Made by a program: the position numbers and the translations under genes. DNA of 64,000 nt from Octopus vulgaris (taxonomy: Eukaryota): NCBI GenBank assembly GCA_951406725.2, contig OX597819.1, positions 132,246,001 through 132,310,000 of the forward strand. The letters are read 5' to 3'. The notes under the pieces are model-generated. The model had not been told where the DNA came from. It made no database searches and was given only the letters and a program-made list of their open reading frames with translations. Of the stretch, positions 53,601 to 64,000 are shown one piece after another (position 1 is the stretch's first letter; each line of letters starts with the position of its first letter).

Positions 53601-56154
53601 TTACAGCACGTTTAGCTTTTTTACTATTTTCCTCTGCATTTTATACAGCATCTCTTAGCGAGAATATACACAGTAAGTGATGAGAGCATTTTAGAATATA
53701 TATCATGGCATTGGAGAATTCCGGAATATACACCAAGTCGTTTGAGAATTCCGGAATATATATACCATGTCATAGGAGAATTCTATCTACGACTGTCTGG
53801 TCGCAGTATCCAGGGAGAAAAAATGTATCTCTCATCTTCGAACCATAAAACTGAAATGGAATACCGATTCCCGAGTGTCGACTGTGGTTTTAAAATATAT
53901 TTACTGGGATTAAAATACTTCGACGGGAAAGGGCAGACGATATCTCTCTCTCACTTTCTAACAAAAATGAAATGGAAAATATAAAACATTGTGTTGTTGG
54001 CAAGAGAGAAATGATTTATATGTCGAGATAAATTGACGATAGTGAAATTAAAATGATGAATTAGATTAGTGGAAGTCAGCTCCGGCGGCATTAATGAAGC
54101 TTCTTGATTGAATTTCTACTTGGTTGAGTTTATGTCAACTAACAGAGATTTATGCCGAGATTAAGGCCAGATAATGTAAGTTTTATACTAATGATGTTAT
54201 TTTAATGGGTCTTATCAACAGGAAAATCAAAATTACTTTGAAGTGCTAAAATTCCAACAATAGAAATTTCCAAATCTGTTCTTTTTTTAAAAATTTCAAC
54301 GCTTATTTTTTTAATTTGATTTATGTTTTAAAAAGATAATAAATGGGTTACATTAAAAATTAAAATGATTTGAAGCGAAATATATTCGCTGCTGTTAATA
54401 TAAAGAAAAATAAAAATAAAATGTGATTTATCAATATTTATGGGTTGCTCCAATTCCGGTTTGTCAATTAAAAAACAATATCATATATCCATGATACTTG
54501 CCGCTGACTCAAAAAGAAAAAGAAAAAGAATACAAAGAAAAAAAAGAAGCACAGCAGGAAAATTATTGTTTTCGGTAATTAAAAAAGTAAATCTGAAGAT
54601 TTTGAAACGAAATTTTTTCTAAACCAGAAAATATAAATTTATTAATATTTGATTTAAAAGGCAGTTTTGAGCCGAAATTCCCTGGAATCATAGTCACTGG
54701 AATTGGCTCCATCGATTCAGTCATAGCAAGAAAATGAAAGACACCTCGCAGAGAACAACAACCACAAAAACTAAAATAAAAAAAACCTCAACAATTTCTT
54801 ATTTTCAAGTATTTTTTTATTTCTATTTTACATTTTAAAGAGAAAATGGCGTTGACCTTCTTTGTGGAGGTATAAATATTTCAATAAATAATAATAAAAA
54901 AAAAAAGGATCAGAATTAGATGTTTACGGAATACCAATAATTTCTACAATAATCAAGGGTGGTGGAGGTGAGAGAAACGGTAGAATTTCAGGAGAATTGC
55001 TTCATTTTTGGTTCTCTAAGTTCCATGTTAAAAACCTATCGCAATCAATTTTGACTCAAATCTATCCGGAATAGTTAATGCCAATACCAGTAATATATTG
55101 GACTACAATCAACCCACAAGACATTCTCTCTAAAGGTGAGTGACCAGTGCCCAACTGATAAACGCTGGAATTGCTGCTGCCTTGACCCAAACTTCCAATT
55201 CAGTGCTTACCATTATTTAGCTTAATGTTTCTTCCGCATCTCTATTTCCATTGCTTGCGTCTTTTTCACGAAAGTAATTCTTTCTCGAACGTTGCAGCGT
55301 TGAAAGCTTTGTTTCCATGTCGTGTCATAAGGTAAGTCTACCTGGAGGAGAGAATCCATCTACAATTGAATGTCTAAGGCTAGAAATGGCAAGTAACAAG
55401 ACTGGCAAAAATGAAACGGCTCAACGAAGATTTCGAAATGTTAGCGCTTGAACAACATCTAACATTTCCAGCCAACCACAAGTCGCGTTACATTTTGAAC
55501 AAAGTAATGGTTAGAATTCGAATGGAAGACCTTTCCCTGGTGCATTTGTGTAAATCCTAGTATTTATCACAAGATCTATCCATCAAAGTTAAACCTTAAG
55601 TTCGTAATTGACTAACTCCATTAATCGATAGTAAAACGGATTAGTGGAAGACTTTGTACGTCCGCCACTTCAACAAATCTCAATACATTTCTACGGCAGG
55701 TTTGTTTACTATAAGACTCTCGCCTAAAACGAGATGTTAAATTTCGGAAAACGAAGTTCCTGTCCCAACTTAATTATGAAGAATTAGAACGATGTAGACG
55801 TGGTGTAGACATACCATAAAATATGTTTTCTGCTGATTCACTGTGGCATGTCTTTGTGACACCAGCGGAGCATTTGCAGCATTTACACGTGACGGTAACA
55901 AAGCCACTGCAGCGTGTCCGTCGTGTGGCCGAGTGGGATGACGGACAACTTCATCGGTTTCCATCAGATGTCGAAATCAATTTCGTAAATTATTTATTCC
56001 CCCCCCCCTATCATACTGAAACATGTCCAAACATTATGATAATCACACTAATACATAATAACATACGGGATAAGAGCGCTCAAACACTGTATTTTGGTGG
56101 CGAGTTTTAAGAACGCATACTCACATACACACAAATATATACATACATACATAA

Positions 56155-56185
<31 letters not shown>

Positions 56186-56325
56186 TGAAGATTACATTTA
56201 ATACTCAACTGCAAGGAAGCTATTTAAACCGTGGTTTATATATATTTATTTATTGTAATAATAAGATGAGAAAACAGAGAGGTAATTAATAAATTATTAT
56301 TTATTAATTAAAAAATTGACAACCA

Positions 56326-56412
56326 TCCCTTACAGCTGTTTCAATTCCAGACCGTCGGAAAATTGCTTAATTAATTTAAAAATTATTTGAAAGTCGAATC
56401 TCTTCAGAGGTA
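56326..56412 (-). ncRNA. Type I hammerhead ribozyme motif with long stem II
   Basis: On -: TACCT-CTGAAGA-GATTC...GAATT-GAAA-CAGCTG-TA-AGGGA, with palindromic stem III ACAGCTGT and a GUA triplet. Confidence 0.65.
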
Positions 56413-56560
56413 TTTTAAGATATACAAAATAGGTGTTCAATTCCTGCATGTAGAGTAAACGGCTGCAAACCGTTATCTAATATATTTATATGTATATGTA
56501 TATATATATGTATATGTATATGTACATGTATATATATGTATATGTATATGTATATATATG

Positions 56561-56627
<67 letters not shown>

Positions 56628-56629
<2 letters not shown>

Positions 56630-56762
56630 AACTTTGGTTGCAGAACAAACAACAAATATAAGGTCATCCACCTAACATATCACATTTCAAACATTTAAAC
56701 GTTCGAGATGTGATATGTTAGGTGGATGACCTTAGATTTGTTTGTTCTGCAACCATAGTTTA
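56628..56762. repeat. Loop-less palindrome (fold-back) of about 135 bp
   Basis: Centre TTT|AAA at 56696/56697. The arms of about 65 bp are reverse complements with a few mismatches and one small indel. Confidence 0.92.
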
Positions 56763-56861
56763 ATATATTTGCCTCATTTACTTGAGCACTTCTATAGCAG
56801 TCCTTTAGAACATTCTGTTCCTGATAAGAAACAATCACTTTATTATTGATATATGTATATG

Positions 56862-56970
<109 letters not shown>

Positions 56971-57009
56971 GTATATTAGAAGAGGAGCATAAAGTAGCAA
57001 TATATGGTC

Positions 57010-57327
57010 AGTATGATACAACTGGTTTTCCGTCGGTTACGACGACGTGTTTTCCAGTTGATTCGATCAATGGCACAACCCGATCGAGGAATTTACATGA
57101 AAATGGCACGCGTGCCCTTAACGTAGTTTATGGGGAGATTCAGTATGACACAGAATGTGACAAGGCTGGCCCCTATCAATTACAGGTATAACGCATTTTT
57201 GCCAAATAAGTGAACAGGAGTAACGGGAAATAAAGTGTCTTGCTCAAGGACACAACTTTCCGCTGGGAATCGAACTCACAACCATACGATCGTGAGTCGA
57301 TGATCCTAAGCACCAAGCCAAGCGCCT
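57010..57327 (-). mobile_element. tRNA-derived SINE, family C
   Basis: On -: GGCGCTTGGCTTGGTG...GAGTTCGATTCCC...TTGTGTCCTTGAGCAAGACACTTTATTT. Confidence 0.75.
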
Positions 57328-57469
57328 TTACTCAGTATGATATACATTGAAGCCCCACCCCCACCAACCAAAACCAACTGCCAAACACATCGGTTGAATA
57401 AAATAAAATAATTAGGGTTTAAGTGTGACTCGAAACCACTCACAGATTCGTTACATTTTGATCTATGTT

Positions 57470-57665
57470 TGGTTTCAAATATTGGCACAAGGCCAGCAAT
57501 TTCATGAGAGAGGAGTAAGTCGATTACTGGTATTCTGCTGGTACCTACCTTGTCGATCCAGGAGCGGGTGAAAGGCAAAGTCGACCTCTGCGGAATTTGA
57601 AGACGGATGAAATGCGAGCAAGCATTTTGTACGGCCTGCTAACAATGCTGTCCGCTCGCCCACTT
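57470..57665 (-). mobile_element. SINE family B
   Basis: GAAAGGCAAAGTCGACCTCTGCGGAATTTGAA on +. Confidence 0.8.
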
Positions 57666-57885
57666 ACAGCTAAATCCTTAAAACACTTCGAAGCCTTTCT
57701 AACTAAACTCAATGGAAAAAAAATATCACGTCACACTTTTATTTTCTATTTCGCTGCATTAAAGTAAAATAAAGTTTTACAAATCTCGGTTATTTGCGAG
57801 GAGGTTTCCTAAACCGAAGCATTATGGCTTAGTGAATGAAAGCTTTTCAGTTAAGAGTGGTCTGCAGAAAAAGAACCAGCAGAGC

Positions 57886-57988
<103 letters not shown>

Positions 57989-60329
57989 TTATACATACAG
58001 AGAGAGAAAGAAATAGAGAAAGAGTGAGAAAGAACGTCGAGAAATGCAAAAAATAAAATTATACCACACTATAGAATACAGGAAGGGGAAAAAAAACTTA
58101 GAGACTTGCATCAGAAAAACACGGAACATCTTTAAATAGAAAACATGTCCTATGCCTTATTGAATAATCCGGATTATCGTTGAGACGCTGCTTAAATGTA
58201 TCAAGGAAATTCTGTAAAATAAGACCAATGTAGACTACCAAAAATATCCAACGAAAGCAGCTTAGGAAGATTGATGGGAATCAAAGTGATACGTCTAAAG
58301 AAAGATTGGAAGAAAGCAAAGCTAGTTACGAAATATTGAAATGTAGAAACTTTTAAGGGAAAATGTTTTGGGGATTATCGCAGAATCTGGGTCAGTTTGA
58401 GACGGTACCATTAATGCTGGATAGAGTATAGTCAAATAGGTAAGTTCATTTTGCAATCACAAGGTGCCGGGCTCGATCCCACCGTATGGCATATTGGGAA
58501 AATGTTTTCTATAGTCACAGGTTGATCTATACTTGGTGAGTCAAGCTGGTGAGAGGGGAAGCTGTACGGAACCCTTCAGGTGGGATGTATCCGTAATTCA
58601 AAAGATATAGGCTTGTCATATATTGTGTCATATTGATTCTACCTAAGAATTACGCTAGAGTTTCAGGAATATTCAGCTATTTACACGTTAAATCAGGGGC
58701 AAGTAATTCAGCTGATCGAACAACTGAATCCTCGTCGGTTAACCACGAAGATCCATCAATGTAAAATCAGAAACTTTAAAGAATAAAAGCCCAGTAGGAA
58801 ACTGCCATATTCCAAAATACTGGAACCAACGCATAGATGTCAAGTAGATGTGTACTTATGGTTAAAAAATACTTTCAGACGTTATTGGTGATTAAATTTT
58901 ACTGAGTTTTAACAATTTTTCTTTAACTCGATGTCTTTTGGAATAGAATTCAACTGGAACCTTAAATCTGTGAAGATTGATCATAGTGAAGGTCATGGAG
59001 TGAAATACACCTCGGCTCAACTATTTATATTCCACCTTTTCGGTCGGCATTAACAGTCACTATCGAAGTGTTTTCTGTTCCTTTAAAATGTTTGAAATGG
59101 ACCTAGTTAGTAAAGGAGACCCATAAAAACTCCTGGATTCCGGGAAGGAGTACCTCTACCGTCTCGGGGAGAAACTCCACGTCTGTCAGCTACCCGAGCA
59201 CCTTATAACTGATTGGTATCGTTTTATCTCAGTAGCTTTTAGGAAAGGCATGAACATCACAGCTCTTCACTTCATCTTCTCTTAAGTCTTAAAGCTTTTT
59301 ATGTCCACAAATTTTTCTAAGTTGGTGAAACACCATCAAGGCAGCTTGTAATTCATTGATCGATCTGTTCAAAATACAGAGAACAAAAAGGAAAAAAGAT
59401 GACGTTTTAAAACTGATATACTAAGACAGGGTAGATAAGTTTGAAGAAGACGCCATGTCTGTTATTGGAAGCAGACGATCGAAACATATTTGCATATGTG
59501 AGGTGTTGAATATGTTGTTTGCTCAATGATATTCGATTGATTTCCTGTGTGACAAAGACTTACTGAAGCAGAACTGAGTAAGGCTACTCACTAACAACAC
59601 CAATATGAACAGGAAATTGTTCAATGGTACTAAAAAACACAAAACAAAACAATGTCCATTATTTAGCCAACTGCAAAGGTTTTGTCCTGTCAAAAATAAT
59701 AATACCTAAATGACTGAAGTTTCATGAATATTTAAGACGACATTGTTACAAACCGTTAATTTGTTCGATTCTTTGAGCGCTTCTCCATTCGCTAATGTAT
59801 TTCCTTTGTCGCTTAAAGGCTTACACCAGCAACATCGTTTCATAACCCACAAACGGCGTAAATACAAGAAGCATTCGATTACATATTATGATCGACCCTC
59901 GTCTTCTTTTCTCTATTCACCTTTACAACGCTTTTATTAAACTACAAACAACGTTATACTCTCGTAATTAAACTGTTAATAGAAACAAGATTTATAACCA
60001 AGCATTAAAGAATGATTTTCCATTTTCGCTGCTATTTAATATACTGGAAACCATTTTATAATTCTTCATTAATACGACGAGCCACATTAACTCCGAAGTA
60101 GAAAGAGAAGAAATGAAAGGTTAAGGAATGGACAATGAGGAGTTTCCTCAAAGAGAATCAATGCAGTTTGTTGAGTGGGGCCGAAAAAGAAATGGTCGCT
60201 GGTCCCTTGAATAAAGTAGATGGAATCTCATGGAGAGCAGCGGCAGCTTTTCACGGGAAATTTCTCATTGAATTATTGGAGTATTTATAATAATTATTGT
60301 CTCCATGGTAACAGGTCACTTCATAAGCA

Positions 60330-60616
60330 GAAAGACAGAAAAAATAGAAAGAAAAAAGGGGAAGGGAGAGATTGAGAAAGAGAGAGAGAGAGAAAGATAT
60401 ATAGATAGATAGAAAGAGAGAGAGAGAGAGAGAGAAAGAAAGAGTGAGAAAGTATAAAGATAGGTTAAAGTATAAAGTGAGAAAGTATAAAGATACGAGA
60501 AAGAAAGAAGGAAAGAGTTATTACAAGAAAGAACGAAAGAGATATTAGTGAGAGAGAGAGAGAGAAAGATAAAAGTAGAGTAGATAAGTGAGTTGAACCT
60601 GTACAGATGTCTAAGT

Positions 60617-60656
<40 letters not shown>

Positions 60657-60840
60657 TAGAGAGGGAGAGATAGAGAGGGAGAGAGAGAGGGAGAGAGGGT
60701 GAGGGAGAGAGAGATATGAGGAGGACAAAATAGATAGAAAGTTTGTGTGTGTATGTGAGAGAAAAAGAAAGTGAGAGAGAGAGAGAGTGTGTGTGTGAAA
60801 GAGAGAGGGAGAGAGAGAGTGAGTGAGTGAGAGAGAAGTT
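60330..60840. repeat. GA-rich low-complexity region
   Basis: Direct reading. Confidence 0.9.
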
Positions 60841-61325
60841 ATTTGCATTTATAGCTGAACGGTTCCACCGGAAATTAAATGTGGATTTTCAGCAGAGAAT
60901 AACTCTTTCATTGGGGACAAAACTAGTTGGAAAGCCATGTTGGAATATGATAAAGAATCTTTGTCTAAAATTTAACAGGAATATTTCTCAGGTCACACAG
61001 CACTATGTGTGTGTGTGTGTGTGTAATAGCGTGTTTGTGTGCATGTGTGTGTGTATGTATGTATATGTGTGCATGTGTGTACGTATGTGTGTGTGTGTGT
61101 GTGTGTATTAATTAGTATTGATGTATGAATAAGTTTGACTGGTAACGTTCTTAACGTTATCTTTTGTAATGTCGTCTGCCATAAAAAAGGTTGGATTTCG
61201 GTAAAAACGCGGCTGCGATCCTTGATTAAGTCAATTCATATAATTCTAGAATGTTGCTTAAAGAAAACAGGAAATTCTCGACTTCTGATCCTGGATTTCG
61301 TATAAGAAACGCACACGCGCACGCG

Positions 61326-61387
<62 letters not shown>

Positions 61388-62304
61388 AACACACACACAC
61401 ACACAAACACAAACACACACACAAACACAAACACAAACACACACACACAAACACAAACACAAACACACACAAACACACACATATATTACATACAAACTTA
61501 CACAATCCAATGCCCACACACACACACACACACATGCACATACTACATACAAACATACACAATCCCGTACACACGCGCACACTGCACACAACTCGATCCT
61601 TAACCCCCAAGTTTTGTTAAGAGCTAAGCGTGAGAGGTGTTTGACGCAAGCTGTCACTGCCTGAGGATCAAGCATTCATCACAATTGCGGGACTTTAATC
61701 TTCTAACCAGAATTTCTTTGAAGTCTGTGGTCATCATGAAAACGAGTAGAAGCAGTTCACTGCTGGGCCAGTGAATGCGTTTAGCTCGGTGGAAGGTGTG
61801 ATATTTTGGTTAGACAACTGTTAAGAAATTATAAGTTCAGTAACCTAGTCTAGGAATTAAAAGACAGCGTGTGTGTTTATTATTAGCAGAATTACCCTCC
61901 CGAGACAAACAAATTATGTTTCAACTCTTGAGTTCATATCAATAACATTACGAACCATATACCAAAAAGAAAACAGACTTTTTTTTAAATAGAAAACTGA
62001 AATATTTGTTGTCAGTATGTCGTCATTTGGTGATGTAATTTGGTTGCCGGAGGGTTACGGCTAAGAAAGAGAGCTTTTAATTTGGGGACAGAAAAATATG
62101 AGTACCGCAAAAAGTTCGTTGCATGTTATTATTTTCTGCGATGAAAGTTGGTCTCCACGCCCCTAATAATTGCAAGGCATTGGGTCTTGACTCTTGAGAA
62201 TAATGATATATTATTCTTATTCTTTAACATAAGATTTCAATCATCTGCTTTTTCAATCATTTTGTTGTAATAGAATGGGAAATACGTGTGTGCGTGTGCG
62301 TGTG

Positions 62305-62401
<97 letters not shown>

Positions 62402-62708
62402 GTAGTCCACAGCTTGAAGGGCAAGCAGGATGGGGCTGTGAATCTTGTTGCAGAAATAATCTGAAGATTGTCACATTGGAATAGACTCCGCCTCCCAAAC
62501 CCAGCTCCGTGTATTTAGCATACGTTTGTGTATATCTCGTTTACATGTGTTTTATTGTATGGGTATGCACGATGCGCTCAAATTATATACACATACATAC
62601 ATGCATTCATATGTACACACATACACACACAGAGGTAGTGATGCAGATAAATACGATTAAACTTGATGTGTGTAAATATAATACATGTACATATATAGAT
62701 GTACAAAT

Positions 62709-62774
<66 letters not shown>

Positions 62775-63130
62775 CATACATACAAAAACTAAAATATTCA
62801 GAGGAGAAAAACATAAGTATAAGGATATATAAATATTTATATATGTTTACAAATAAATTTACTTGTATATGGAGTATAAAAAATGCAGAAAACTAAGGGG
62901 AGAATGCATAACGCGACAGCTGTTTCTGGGAGGTCACAATTACGTAATAGCTGTTATGTTCATAATTAAAAGATGGAATATGCCAGAGGCCATGGGTATT
63001 CAACTCGAAGATGGATGGATATGTCTCTATGAATCCATCCGCAGAAATATACGTCCCACAAACGGCTGTTGTGTTAAAAAACTATGCATTCTTCCCTTAG
63101 TTTTCGGTACTGTTTATGTAAATATATTTG

Positions 63131-63198
<68 letters not shown>

Positions 63199-63200
<2 letters not shown>

Positions 63201-63255
63201 GGCGGTGCCCCAGCATGGCTACAGCTCATAAGCTGAAACTAATCAAAATCATCAA
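63199..63255 (+). mobile_element. Ultra-short 3' terminus of the (TA)n-associated LINE
   Basis: ATGGCGGTGCCCCAGCATGGCTACAGCTCATAAGCTGAAACT plus an AATC-type tail is near identical to the reverse complement of 5715-5756. It is preceded by (TA)n and followed by ATATATA. Confidence 0.85.
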
Positions 63256-63472
63256 ATATATACTTTTACATTTTTGTTTAATCTTCTGAATATATTTAGT
63301 TTTGTATCTCTCTCTATTATCGTGTTTATCTGCAACATTATCCGCATTTCAGTTCACCTGGATTCCACTTATTGCCACTCATTATCCCGTGGACATCGAC
63401 TTCGGAGTGTAAGTTCAAATCGTTTGAACACTGCTACGTGTTTTCTATTTCGAACATCTCGAGATCTCAACT

Positions 63473-63537
63473 GTATGTATGTATGTATGTATGTATGTAT
63501 GTATGTATGTATGTATGTATGTATGTATGTATGTATG

Positions 63538-63568
<31 letters not shown>

Positions 63569-63822
63569 GTATGTATGTATGTATGTATGTGTGTGTGTAT
63601 GTATGTATGTATGTATGTATGTATGTATGTATGCATGCATGTATGTATGTATGTATGTATGTATGTATGTATGTATGTATGTATGTATGTATGTATGTAT
63701 GTATGTATGTATGTATGTATGTATGTATGTATGTATGTATGTATGTATGTATGTATGTATGTATGTATGTATGTATGTATGTATGTATGTATGTATGTAT
63801 GTATGCATGTATGTATGTATGT
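63473..63822. repeat. Long (TATG)n microsatellite
   Basis: Direct reading. Confidence 0.97.
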
Positions 63823-64000
63823 CTCTTCTGCATTTAATCATTTAGATTCTTCCTCTGAAGAAGGAGCTGGTTTCTAACAAAGATACAAAGCTCCATCTTT
63901 GGAATGTTGATAGTGAAAACAATGCCACATTTTAAACCTGTAACAAATTCTCTATAGTTGTGCTGTTCCGCTAAGAAATTGCATTTGTAATGTAGGAGCC

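Noticed and set aside
53690-53782. Three imperfect repeats of about 30 bp (GAGAATTCCGGAATATA)
   Set aside because: A short local tandem duplication with no further structure.
55205-55337. Possible host exon (METKLSTLQ... on - near a GTAAGC donor; AG|GTAAGT on +)
   Set aside because: The minus-strand frame stops before the donor and the plus-strand candidate is only about 34 bp. There are no recognisable domains or partner exons.

Overview
AT-rich, microsatellite-saturated eukaryotic DNA with no host protein-coding gene that I can support. The SINE types look like those of octopus (inference). Almost all real coding sequence is retrotransposon. It includes a near-intact CR1/Jockey-group APE-RT LINE (5691-9570, -) inserted in (TA)n, a full-length Tx1-clade LINE (38838-45030, +) inserted in (TATC)n, six Dong/R4-like RLE LINE fragments abutting (TAA)n arrays, and RTE, Tx1, Penelope-like, maT and hAT remnants. 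Three tRNA-derived SINE families are also present. Main observations: (1) different LINE lineages each occupy a different microsatellite class; (2) a tRNA-headed element carries a minimal hammerhead ribozyme and a Penelope-type inverted terminus; (3) several more hammerhead motifs sit in Penelope-like non-autonomous elements; (4) the (TA)n LINE shares its 3' tail and a covarying stem-loop with an abundant SINE; (5) there is a long high-identity inverted duplication (31936-38530) and a loop-less palindrome of about 135 bp. Most short ORFs in the track are microsatellite translation artefacts. Coordinates were read by eye and may be off by a few bases.
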